A stretch of DNA of 25,052 bases, from the IMG/VR virus record IMGVR_UViG_3300017722_002131, positions 1 through 25,052 of that record, one strand, 5' to 3'. The stretch comes from a virus. Its lineage: Duplodnaviria > Caudoviricetes. The position numbers were made by a program, and so were the translations under genes. The notes beneath the pieces are model-generated. The model was given only the letters and a program-made list of their open reading frames with translations, was not told the DNA's origin and searched no databases. Of the stretch, positions 1 through 10,000 are shown piece after piece (the first letter of the stretch is position 1; each line of letters begins with the position of its first letter).

Positions 1-1189
1 CCTCACCTAACTCAAACAAAAACGAATCGTACGTATATAATACAATTTTTGTTTTCCGCCCAATCAGTAGCTTATGTATATCCATCAATATACGAACATT
101 CATTGCGGATTCCACGTTCTGTAACATATAGTTAAACAGCTTTTGTGGATTCATATTCTCCAGTTTATCCTTTTCAAAGCAATAACCTGAAATTGGCACA
201 ATAACTTGACCCGAGTTATTAAACGCCTCCCAATTTATTGTTATGAATTTCTTTATTTTTTGAAAAAATTCAAGGTGCTCATACTCTTTAAATACCCCAC
301 CATAAAGTTGCTTAAACGTAAGTTCTTTTGCCTCTTTGTAGCTCGTACCGTAGAGGTCTGCGAACGTTTGGTGGACATCCGTAGTGCCAAAATCAAAGGC
401 AACCATACGACTAGCGAGATGAGGATGATATGCACTAATATCGAACTCAACGAACCCATGACTCGATACGAAGCTCCTCCTTGCGCCATTGTCTTTATTT
501 AATGCGGCAAAATTAATGCCATTAAAAGAGTTACTTGGTCTACGTGTTGTTGTAGCCAAATTGTAGCATGTGTAAATCCTATCGCCTTGGATTGAATAAT
601 TCTCGTGATTAAGCTCATAGTGTTTATCAAATTCATATTTGTTTATTTTTAATCCGTTCTTTTCTATTCCAAAAAACGCCAATACTACCTTATTGTTATA
701 AAAATCAAACCAAGGGGGTAGTTCTTGGGGTAAAACACTACGAACGTGCTTATAAATATGCTCACATTTTTCGTAATGCTTGGTAACCGGTATAAGTTTA
801 TTAACTTTTAAATACGTAGGGTATTTTTGGTAAAAATGATTGAATACCTTAGGTGAATCTTGTATATACGGAGGAATGATTTGTGATAGGTCGCACAAGC
901 TCTTAATTGGAAAATAATATAATGCTTGTTTTTTATCTCGCACCCACACACGTTTAATACTTTGTAGTATACCGTCTATAGTCGTTTTATTAAGCGAGGA
1001 AGTCTCACTATGGTCAACGCATAACATATAACCTTTTGTTTCACTAAACGGTCTAATGTAGATTAAAGACACATTATTTAAAGCAGGGTGTATATTGTCG
1101 TGATAGGGAATAATTTCAACAAACGCCTCATTAATAGGGTGTTGGTGTAAATACTCTAAATCTTTTTCATTTTCAATTAGCCAAAACAT
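1..1189 (-). CDS. Compact, divergent family-A DNA polymerase-like protein (partial, runs off the left edge; 396 codons visible)
   Basis: Manual translation from ATG at 1189 (MFWLIENEKDLEYL...) is open to base 2. It has TTRRPSN (TGRLSS-like), motif A EFDISAYHPHL (D250), motif B YKEAKELTFKQLYGG (K288/F292/Y296), NYMLQNVES and motif C LYTYDSFLFE (D388). Absent from the supplied track because there is no stop inside the window. Confidence 0.85.
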   Translation of the reverse strand, partial: MFWLIENEKDLEYLHQHPINEAFVEIIPYHDNIHPALNNVSLIYIRPFSETKGYMLCVDHSETSSLNKTTIDGILQSIKRVWVRDKKQALYYFPIKSLCDLSQIIPPYIQDSPKVFNHFYQKYPTYLKVNKLIPVTKHYEKCEHIYKHVRSVLPQELPPWFDFYNNKVVLAFFGIEKNGLKINKYEFDKHYELNHENYSIQGDRIYTCYNLATTTRRPSNSFNGINFAALNKDNGARRSFVSSHGFVEFDISAYHPHLASRMVAFDFGTTDVHQTFADLYGTSYKEAKELTFKQLYGGVFKEYEHLEFFQKIKKFITINWEAFNNSGQVIVPISGYCFEKDKLENMNPQKLFNYMLQNVESAMNVRILMDIHKLLIGRKTKIVLYTYDSFLFELGE

Positions 1190-1203
1190 AACCTTGATTT
1201 ACG

Positions 1204-1235
1204 GGAATGTAATATCAAGAATTGTGTCTTCCAAC
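1204..1235 (-). promoter_or_regulatory. Possible Bacteroidota-type -33/-7 promoter for the polymerase-like gene
   Basis: Coding strand reads GTTG-N20-TACATTCC, ending 14 nt upstream of the ATG. Partial match to the TTTG-N19-21-TAnnTTTG consensus. Confidence 0.3.
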
Positions 1236-1853
1236 TTTAGGGTAAAATTTTAAAAATCCTCCCGATTGTTCTATAAATTGATAAAAACCTAATACCTTAT
1301 AATCTTTTTCAGCCAATAAAGTAATTTTTTTATTTATTTCAGAAGCGGTTTGAGCTTCACCTGCTATTTCCCAAGGAATACTAAACGGGATATATAATTG
1401 CCATAACCAAGCAGGGTTATTTGAAAATAAATTATCAAAAGTTTGCTTATCAATTTCAATAAAAATAAATTCGTTTTGCTTTTTAGCAAAGTATCTTTGT
1501 ATTTCTCCTAATTCATAATCCTGTTTTGTAGGTTGAGGATAATAAGCAATAGGAATAAATTTATTTTCTAAAGAAGCACCACTAGCTCCTAAATATTTTT
1601 TTAATTCAGGACTACGTTGGATTCTTGGTACAATTGATACTACTGAATATTCTTGTAAGGGTTTGGGAGTGGATTCGCTAACAGGAATAAGTAGTTGAGG
1701 AACTCCATCATTGGGAGTTTTACCACTAAATGCTGTCCCATTATATAATTTGTAATAAAAACCTTGATATGGTAACAAAGTAGATGATACTAAGTATTCA
1801 TTACCATTGGTATATAGGTTTGTTACAATTCTATTAGAAGGATAGTATGGCAT
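1215..1853 (-). CDS. Hypothetical phage protein, probably virion/baseplate associated (212 aa)
   Basis: Tyr-rich ORF starting 2 nt after the hub stop codon. No function recognised. Confidence 0.75.
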   Translation of the reverse strand: MPYYPSNRIVTNLYTNGNEYLVSSTLLPYQGFYYKLYNGTAFSGKTPNDGVPQLLIPVSESTPKPLQEYSVVSIVPRIQRSPELKKYLGASGASLENKFIPIAYYPQPTKQDYELGEIQRYFAKKQNEFIFIEIDKQTFDNLFSNNPAWLWQLYIPFSIPWEIAGEAQTASEINKKITLLAEKDYKVLGFYQFIEQSGGFLKFYPKVGRHNS

Positions 1854-1855
1854 TG

Positions 1856-4800
1856 TTATATTTTTTTATTTTTTCTATTTGATGCTACAGCTAAACTTTC
1901 TATTTTGGTTTTCCATTTACCATCACTTATGGTATGAGAAATACCTTTAATTAAGAAATCAATTACACCACCTTGGTCTCCGGCTCTATAACTATAAGGT
2001 AATATTTGTTCTGTAATAGCAAATCGTTCATAGTTTTTCATTCCCGATAATCCATCCATTTCTAGTGCTAAGTTAAATGGTATAAAGAAAGGAGATGGAC
2101 CTTTACCTTTTAATGCATCGGAACCTACAGCAAAAAGAGATACATCTCGGTTTATTGATTTTAAACTATCTACGTTTTCAGCAACATATCTTCTACTACC
2201 ATAAAGTTCGGCAACAAATGTATTCATTTGATTTAATTTATCACCAAATACTAAATTAACATCCAATGCTGAGCTTGTGCTTGGGAGACCTATAGTTTGA
2301 GCATCAAGTTTTTCTTTAATAACTCTATCTGTTAAACCATAATTTAATCTAGAAATAGAGGTTGCATTTTCTCCTGGGATGTTTGCTCCTTGGGAACGAG
2401 CACTAATAGTTGCCATTTGGGCAAATTTTGGAGGTAATTGAACTTGAAAATCAACATTAGTTACAAAACTACCTTTTCGAGCTATTCCACTTGGGTCAAT
2501 AGCTTTATCTGTAGGAAGACCAAATACATTGAAAACAGCAATTGGTGGTACTATAACTTCATTTCCTGTTTGTAAACCAGAAGTTAAATCTTCATCGTCA
2601 TTAACATTAGTTGCTTCAATAATTTTTATCTTATTGTCATCAGCATCATATACTGCTTCTAACTTATTTACGTTTCCTAAACAATCATTTATACTTTCAA
2701 ATAAAGCCGAAAAAAAACTAATTAAAACTACACGTCCATCAGCATCAACATTTTCTTTCAAAATACGAGCTACGTGATCTATATTAACCATTATATTCAT
2801 AACTCGTCCTTTTTTATCCATTTGTAAATCTGTTGTTGGAATACCTTCTTTTTGAAGCAGTTGTTCAACAGTATTAGATTCATTAATATCTTCTCCTTTA
2901 ATGGTTGATGATTTTAAGGCAACAAATCCTTTTTGAATTACATCTAAAGTTAATTCACTAACAGGATTAATAAAATAGGAAGTTAAATTAGGAGCAGTTG
3001 ATGGTTCCTCTGCTACTTTTCTTCCTTTTTCAAATTTATTCCTTTTACCAGTTAAATATTGCCAATTTAATTCAACAGGTTTAGTTTCTCTTTTTACAAC
3101 TCCGGAATTATCTGTTGTTTCTTGGATTTTAGTTGCTGATCCGTTATATAAAATGGGGATTACACACATTTGGGGATCAGTGGATATTTGAGTAGGAAAT
3201 CTTAAACAAAAATTAGCATAAGGATCAGTATCAATAGTAATATAAGGAGTTTTCTTTTTAGTATCAGTAGCACTAATATCATTTGATGCTAAAATACTGT
3301 ATAATAATAAATTATCTTCAACCCATTCTAACAAATATCCTAATCTAACATAATATTGTTGATAACTTTGTGGGTCATATCCTGCTACAGATGAAGGTGA
3401 TTGGAAATCTAATTTAATTAAATTTAATGTTTTTGTTTTACTTATATAAGCACCGGCTGCTGCTACTGAATAAGGATAAACTTGTTTTTGGTCCTCATAT
3501 TTTTTAGGATCAAATTTAGGATTTAATTCATGAGAAATTTTATCTATTTTTTGTAATTCTTCAATCCAACTATATAATTGAAAGTTAAATTTAGATCTAT
3601 TAGCATATTCGGCTGCGGATTCGGGTGCTAATTCTTGTCTTTCTTTTTCTGCTTCTAGTGCTCTTTCGGCTGCTTCAACAGCTGCTTCTGCTAATTCTAA
3701 TTGATTATCCCTTGTTTCACGATTTTTATCTTGGGTTTCAATGCCTTTTTCAAGACTACTAGAAGCATTATTTGCTTTTTCATATCTTATAACAGCATTG
3801 AACCAATTATTTTGAACAGCAGGAGAATTAAATATAATTACATCTGGTGTTTTATTGTATGTTGCAATGATATTTAAAACATTTTGTGCTTGAGATTGGG
3901 TTTTAATTTCGGTTATTGGGATATCTTTAAAACTAGAATAATTCGATGCAAAACTAGTAATAACTTCTTGAGCTATATCTGCTTTTCCTCTTACCGGTGG
4001 GGTTGATAATGGATCTCCAAATAAATCTTTTTCAGCAGCTGCTAATTCATTTGATGTATTTGTTGATGCTGTTTCATTAATCTTACCCGTTGATATATCT
4101 GTTTGAGCATTAGTTTCTCTTTGTGCTGTAAGTCCAGATGTTAAACTAGATAAAGTTTTTGCTTTGGATCCTAACTTATTTGAAGGAGTTACTATATTTT
4201 TAGGTTTATCAACACTAGTTGTATTAATTTTTAGGGCTTCTATTATATCTCCTAAACTAATTAATTGTAAACTAATATCATAAGTTCCATCAGCATTAAA
4301 TTTCCAGTTAAAATTTACAATTTTACCTAACATTCCATCATAGTTGTATGATGATTTAAGTCTTTCTCTTTTAATAGCATCTAAAACATTGTTTTGAGTA
4401 ACACCTTGTTCTTGAAAAAATACATTTAAGGGTTCTGTGCTATAGTCTTTTCTTTCTACTAAAGGATAATCTCCGATTTGAGAATTAAATATATTACCAG
4501 GATAAAGAGTGTGACCCCATTCTAGTAACATTGTATAACCAATTCTAAAATATAATAAATCAAATACTTGAAGTTGTTCTATAGAAAATACTTTAATGGA
4601 AATATCAGCTTTCATTAAAGCACCTCTGTTATAAAAAGTAATATTAGCTGATTGGATACCAGGCATTGGTCTGTAACCATTTTCGGTTATACCTCCCCAA
4701 CCATAAGCTGCTGTAAAAGGATCATTTAAATTAAAAGGATCAGCAACACCAGCATAAGCTTGGAAACTACCATTTTGAGGATTATATCCTGAGACTCCTC

Positions 4801-5098
4801 CAAATAAAACTGCTTTTTGAGCTAATTTACTACCATCAAGAGTAATAGGTAATTTTCTTTGTTCTAATATTTTTGCAGCAGTTAATACCTGTCCATTATT
4901 GGTTGTTGAACCTTCAGGGGGAATAAAATCTTCTATTTTAATAGAGGATGCTAATCGTAACCATGCATTTTGGTTACTTGAAAGTAAAAGATGTCTATCT
5001 GCTCTAGGATTAGCCCCTAAATATTTTTCTCTTACTTCAATTTGCTTTCTTACCCCTATATCAAAAGGATGACCTGTTATGTTACCTTTTTTAGGCAT
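1856..5098 (-). CDS. Large baseplate hub protein (T4 gp27/P2 gpD-like fold with long insertions), 1080 aa
   Basis: Follows the LysM gene. N-terminal RPMPGIQS...LYFRIGYTMLLEWG and C-terminal LEMDGLSG...FLIKGISHTISDGKWKTKIE strands resemble hub beta-barrels. Confidence 0.6.
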   Translation of the reverse strand: MPKKGNITGHPFDIGVRKQIEVREKYLGANPRADRHLLLSSNQNAWLRLASSIKIEDFIPPEGSTTNNGQVLTAAKILEQRKLPITLDGSKLAQKAVLFGGVSGYNPQNGSFQAYAGVADPFNLNDPFTAAYGWGGITENGYRPMPGIQSANITFYNRGALMKADISIKVFSIEQLQVFDLLYFRIGYTMLLEWGHTLYPGNIFNSQIGDYPLVERKDYSTEPLNVFFQEQGVTQNNVLDAIKRERLKSSYNYDGMLGKIVNFNWKFNADGTYDISLQLISLGDIIEALKINTTSVDKPKNIVTPSNKLGSKAKTLSSLTSGLTAQRETNAQTDISTGKINETASTNTSNELAAAEKDLFGDPLSTPPVRGKADIAQEVITSFASNYSSFKDIPITEIKTQSQAQNVLNIIATYNKTPDVIIFNSPAVQNNWFNAVIRYEKANNASSSLEKGIETQDKNRETRDNQLELAEAAVEAAERALEAEKERQELAPESAAEYANRSKFNFQLYSWIEELQKIDKISHELNPKFDPKKYEDQKQVYPYSVAAAGAYISKTKTLNLIKLDFQSPSSVAGYDPQSYQQYYVRLGYLLEWVEDNLLLYSILASNDISATDTKKKTPYITIDTDPYANFCLRFPTQISTDPQMCVIPILYNGSATKIQETTDNSGVVKRETKPVELNWQYLTGKRNKFEKGRKVAEEPSTAPNLTSYFINPVSELTLDVIQKGFVALKSSTIKGEDINESNTVEQLLQKEGIPTTDLQMDKKGRVMNIMVNIDHVARILKENVDADGRVVLISFFSALFESINDCLGNVNKLEAVYDADDNKIKIIEATNVNDDEDLTSGLQTGNEVIVPPIAVFNVFGLPTDKAIDPSGIARKGSFVTNVDFQVQLPPKFAQMATISARSQGANIPGENATSISRLNYGLTDRVIKEKLDAQTIGLPSTSSALDVNLVFGDKLNQMNTFVAELYGSRRYVAENVDSLKSINRDVSLFAVGSDALKGKGPSPFFIPFNLALEMDGLSGMKNYERFAITEQILPYSYRAGDQGGVIDFLIKGISHTISDGKWKTKIESLAVASNRKNKKI

Positions 5099-5099
5099 A

Positions 5100-5423
5100 T
5101 TAAATATTATTTAATTGATTATATGAAAACAAAATTGATGAAACATTTGATGGGATTCTAATTTCTAATCCTTCAGGAATAAATAACGAGTTTAAAGATA
5201 ATATTTCAGGATTTGCAGATGCTATAATCCAATATAAAGTATAATCTCCATAAAATTGTTGTGCTAATAAATCTAATCTATCGCCTGAAGTAGTAATAGC
5301 ATAGATATCATTTACAGATAAAGGTATTTCTGGATATTTAGTAGTTCTATAGATAGTAGTATTCCTATCACCAACTTGAGCTGGAACATCTTTAAATGGT
5401 ATATCTATGTATCTATTGGGCAT
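5100..5423 (-). CDS. LysM-fold baseplate protein (T4 gp53/P2 gpX-like), 107 aa
   Basis: TTSGDRLDLLAQQFYGDYTLYWIIASAN...PEGLEIRIP is the typical LysM/gpX signature. Canonical position between tube initiator and hub. Confidence 0.85.
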   Translation of the reverse strand: MPNRYIDIPFKDVPAQVGDRNTTIYRTTKYPEIPLSVNDIYAITTSGDRLDLLAQQFYGDYTLYWIIASANPEILSLNSLFIPEGLEIRIPSNVSSILFSYNQLNNI

Positions 5424-5437
5424 TTATAAAACTATTA

Positions 5438-6778
5438 TTATTTATTATTAAAAGTATATCCTCCTCCAGAATTAGTATTACTATCTATCTTACCAAAATT
5501 AATAAAAGGAGAGTTATTAAATTGACCTTGAATGTTTCCATTTTCTCCAATAAATTTATTTTGTACTTTACTAGGGATAAAGGTATGAATAGGTTTAAAC
5601 TGGAACCCGCTTACTTCAATTAGTCTTGGCATTCTATAACCTCCTGAGTCATTGTTGATGGCTTCTTCTGTGTATCCACCTTCGGGGTTCGGGTTTATAT
5701 AGTTTCCTTGTTTTGCTAAATCTGTTTTAGAAGTTGTTCTAGCTACGTCCCAACCTGCTTCTTCATTTGGAGTAAAAGTAAATCCAGTAACAACCCCGGG
5801 TATGTCCGTCAAATAATCGCCTATAGTTATTTTAATTAAATTGCCTCTCATAAAACCACCATCTGTGTAATCAGGGGCCATAATTGAAGCTAAATAATTT
5901 AATTTACTATATACGGATTGTTGTTCATACAGTGATAATACAGGAACTTTAAAATTAAAACTTATATCTCTACTAAATCCATTATAATAATAAAAGTTTT
6001 CTCCTCTACCCATATATTTTACAGCATTCCATTCAGCAGCATAAGCATCACTTAATCCTTCAATATATGCTCTAAAATGTAAATAAGTATTTAATCCTGT
6101 TCCATCATTATTAATAACAGTAATATAAAAAGGAACAGTATCATATTGGGCTACTGTAGAATCGACTTGTTTTGCTCTATATAAGGGAAAAGTTGTTAAT
6201 TTATCTGTTCTATCTTTATAAGAAGCTATTCTTTTTTCTGAATCTAGTTGGTAAGTATTTCCTTCTTGGTATTTACTTTGACGAGCAATATTTGTACTTG
6301 GTTTAACAAAACTAAAAATATTAGGAGTTCTAATACCAGTAGGAGCTAAAGCAGTATTAATTACAGGAGAAAGGGGATTATAAATTTGTCCCGTTACTCT
6401 CCAAGTTGCAGGATTTAATCCATATAATTTAATACTTTCAGCAATGTATAAACCTTGTTGTTTTGCTAAAAAAATAAGACCTTGTTCAGTTACTAAAAAT
6501 TTTGATATACGTCTAACGTCATCCGATAGTTTTACAGGAAGTAATGAACCTCCTCTAACTAATTGATCTACACCTCCAGTTTGCCCAAAAGATTTTGAAG
6601 GATCATTTGTAGATGTTGATATTTCTGTACCAAATTTTTCTTCAAATGGATTTACCGGACCATTATTAATTGGAGTTTTTATAAACGGTTGTTTACTATT
6701 TCCCCCAAATGGTCTATCCCCACCGTATCTTAACGATCTTAAATCTGTTGTTTGAGTTACTAGAGAACCTTTGGGCAT
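5438..6778 (-). CDS. Baseplate tail-tube initiator-like protein with N-terminal extension, 446 aa
   Basis: C-terminal half (FRAYIEGLSDAYAAEWNAVKYMGRGENFYYYNGFSRDISFNF...IKITIGDYL...GVVTGFTFT) resembles tube-fold initiators. Lies between the tape measure and LysM genes. Confidence 0.6.
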   Translation of the reverse strand: MPKGSLVTQTTDLRSLRYGGDRPFGGNSKQPFIKTPINNGPVNPFEEKFGTEISTSTNDPSKSFGQTGGVDQLVRGGSLLPVKLSDDVRRISKFLVTEQGLIFLAKQQGLYIAESIKLYGLNPATWRVTGQIYNPLSPVINTALAPTGIRTPNIFSFVKPSTNIARQSKYQEGNTYQLDSEKRIASYKDRTDKLTTFPLYRAKQVDSTVAQYDTVPFYITVINNDGTGLNTYLHFRAYIEGLSDAYAAEWNAVKYMGRGENFYYYNGFSRDISFNFKVPVLSLYEQQSVYSKLNYLASIMAPDYTDGGFMRGNLIKITIGDYLTDIPGVVTGFTFTPNEEAGWDVARTTSKTDLAKQGNYINPNPEGGYTEEAINNDSGGYRMPRLIEVSGFQFKPIHTFIPSKVQNKFIGENGNIQGQFNNSPFINFGKIDSNTNSGGGYTFNNK

Positions 6779-6984
6779 TAAATTCTACCTTGGGCTTCTG
6801 GTGTTACTTTTTCTCTGTAGGTTTTAGGTGTAACTCCATCTAAATCTAAAGAAGATTTTGCTAATAAACCAGTAAGTTTTGTGTTGGTAGGTGAATCTTC
6901 ATATTTTTCACCAGCTTTAGGGCTTTTGCCATCTAATTTGCTAAGGACTGAACCTTGTTTTTGTAATAAATCTAAAAGTGCCAT
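6778..6984 (-). CDS. Small hypothetical protein (68 aa) with an internal LDGx(S/T)PK repeat
   Basis: Has its own upstream ATATTTATA motif and a TAATG stop/start overlap with the next gene. Contains SKLDGKSPK and LDLDGVTPK. Confidence 0.7.
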   Translation of the reverse strand: MALLDLLQKQGSVLSKLDGKSPKAGEKYEDSPTNTKLTGLLAKSSLDLDGVTPKTYREKVTPEAQGRI

Positions 6985-7009
6985 AGTTATATTTTTTAAT
7001 TTGTTTTGT

Positions 7010-7018
7010 TATAAATAT
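7010..7018 (-). promoter_or_regulatory. Putative late-promoter motif ATATTTATA
   Basis: Same 9-mer found upstream of five structural genes. Here it lies 25 nt before the ATG at 6984. Confidence 0.6.
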
Positions 7019-7022
7019 TAAA

Positions 7023-10000
7023 TTATTGAGTTCTGTAATTTGATCTTGCAATAGCTACTCCTACTTTGTTTCCATCTATATAAACATTACCTCCTTTTTC
7101 TACTGCAGATACTAGTCTTTCAAGTAATTGAACTACTCTTCCATCTCCTCCTTTATTACCTCCACCTCCTAATAAACTTGTACCGCCTAATACTATATCA
7201 TCTTTACGGAAACGTTGTACTTTACCACCTTGCATTACAAAGTCAGCAGCAACTTCGTCACCACTTAATGCTTTTGCTAATGGGGGTGCTAAAGCTTCCT
7301 GAATTGGTTTTGATTCTCCAATAAATTGACCAGCTAATTGTCCTAAATATCCACCACCAAAGGTTCCTAAAGGACCTAAAACTGAACCTGCTACTGAACC
7401 TATAATACCACCGATGGTTCCGGCTGCTGATGGGATTATTTTTTTTGCTTTGTCTAAACTGTTCATTTTAGAATCTGCTAAAACAGAAGCAATATCCGCT
7501 GCTCCAAATAAAGCACTTAATAAACCTCCTCCTTTAACTGCTTTTCCTATAAATTTACCTGCTTTTCCAATTAAACCATCTTTTAATAACTTCATTGGGT
7601 TTAATTTTGAAGCAACGTTTACTATTCCTTTACCTACAGATTTTACTCCACTTAATGCTTTACTTCCTAAATCGCCTAAAAATCCACCTGCTTTGCTTAA
7701 TAAACCTTTTCCACCAGAAGCTGCTTTACTTAATAAATTTTTAGCTCCACTAAATATACTTTTTGCTGCTCCAGCTAATCCACTTCCTATTTTTCCTACT
7801 ATATTTTTAAAATATCCACCAATATTTTTAGCTACGTTCATAATAGAACTTCCCAAACGTCCAAATATTCCTCCTAATTTACTAAATAAAGGACTTAATT
7901 TACTTCCAAACTTACCTATAGCTAATCCAGCTTTACCTATAAGTTTACCAAATTTTCCTCCCTTCATAGCTAAAGCCCTAAACATTACACTTGGTTTTTT
8001 GAATAAGGTAGTAAGTTGTTTAGATAAACTAGCACGTCCTTTATCTCCTAATAAATCTGTAATTTCACTTCCTCCACCTCCACTAGCATTAATATCTTCA
8101 ACATATAAAGGCTTATCTGTGGTATTTCCTCGTTTTCCTCCGCTTAATAAATCTTTACCAAATCCAAATATTTTATCTAAACCTGTAAATTTTAGTATTG
8201 CTTTACCAGCAATTAAACCTCCTAAAACTTTAACAAGTGGACTCATAATAGGATTATCCATAATTTTAGATATAAAGGTAAAAGCTGTTACCAATCCTTT
8301 TCCAGCCATTATAGCTCCTTCTTTTAAATCTTTAAAAAATTGAGAGTTTTTAATGTCTTGTATATATCCCCACATTTTAGAAAAAAACCCAGGTTCACTA
8401 CTTTTTGAAGTATTTAACCATTTATTTAATTTATCTATACCATCGTATATTGCTCCTCCAGGTTCTAACAAATGACCTATTTTACCAATTGCTGTGTCTC
8501 CAACACTTTTTCCAGCACCAAAAATTTTATTAAAGATAGTTGAAAGTAAACCACCATCGGCTACAAGTTTATCAACAAACCCTTCTACAGTATGTGCTAA
8601 CTCATCTAATCCTTTTTTAGTTTTTGGATCGCCAAACCAAGATTTAAATTTACTTCCAAAAAAATCGGAAAACTTTTTAGATATAGAAACTGTTAGATGT
8701 TCAAACTTTTGATATAAGGGAAATATTGTTTTAAAAAATCCTAACCCACTAGCATTTTTCTTTCTTTCCTTTTCCTCTTCTATTTCTGCTTGTGTTGCTG
8801 CTCCTTTTCTAAAGTCAGCACCTTTTTTAGCATTTTCATTTAAATCCTTTCCAACAGTTTTCATTGTTTTAGAAGCATTTAACATATTAGATAACTCTTC
8901 TTCACTCATTTGAGTGGCTTCTGCTAATTGTTGGAATACAACAGCATTGTTTTTAGCATCAGGACCTAAATCTTTTACAATTTTACCTAATTCAGCAGAC
9001 ATCCCTGTAGCATCTCTAGTTAAAGCAGCATATCTTAATTTATCAAGATTTACTTCTTTACCTGTTAAAGCTTGTAATTCTTGTTCTGCTGAAATACTTT
9101 GTTCAAGATCTAAAAATCCTTTAGATTTACTAATAACATCGTCGATATTAATACCTAATTGTTTTGCTTGAACAACCGCTGCGGTGATTGCTTTTGTTGA
9201 ATTACCAAATGCTAATTTAGTATTATTTGATACTTTAGCTACATCCTGAAATACTGATCTAACACTAGTAGCTACTTTATTTTGTTTAATTAAACCAGCG
9301 GCTGTTTCGTTAATTTCATCGGCTACTACCCCAGCATCTTGGCCTGTAAGTTTGGCCATTTTTTGTACCTCAGCTAATGAATCTGCAGAATATCCTGCGT
9401 ATGTACTAAGGCCTATAAATGTTTTTAATGTATTAGCACTTAATTGTTCAGTGCTATCCATAGCACTATAAATTCCTTCAATAGCACTTTTACTTGATGA
9501 TGCTGTTGGACCTAATCCAGCAATAGAGGACATTAATTGAGATGCTCCTTGTTGAGTAAGAGCTAATCCTCTAGCTAAACCTTGAATTTCTTCCGAAAAT
9601 GTACGGGCTGCGTTTTTTCCTCTTTCAAATTGTTCTTCTAAAAATCCTTTTATTTTACCAAAAATAGATTTTATTCCCCCAACAATTCCTTTAAATAATC
9701 CTTTTATACCTTTTATTAATCCACCAGCAATAACTAATGGGTCTAATAAATTTTTAGCTAAACTTTTACCTAAAGCACCAATAGCAGCTCCCGCTACTCT
9801 AAATTTGCCACTTAGACCAGCTGCTTGAGTACCTCCTTTAGTTACTCTTTTAGCCATAGATTCAGCTGCGGCCGATGCTGATTCAAAAGCTTCGGAGAGA
9901 ACATCACTGTTCACTCCCATTTTTTCTAAAATTTTATTACTACCTTTAAGTATAGAACCTGTTAAACCTTGAGCGGTTTCTAATCGTTTTTGTTCTTTAT

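Noticed and set aside
206-502. ORFs 206..502 (+) and 253..489 (-)
   Set aside because: Both overlap motifs A and B of the polymerase-like frame (1189 to <1), which explains the region. They are shadow ORFs.
7414-9171. 309-aa and smaller plus-strand ORFs antisense to the tape measure gene
   Set aside because: The Pro/Leu/Asn/Phe-rich translation is what the reverse complement of Gly/Lys-rich codons yields. No independent signals.
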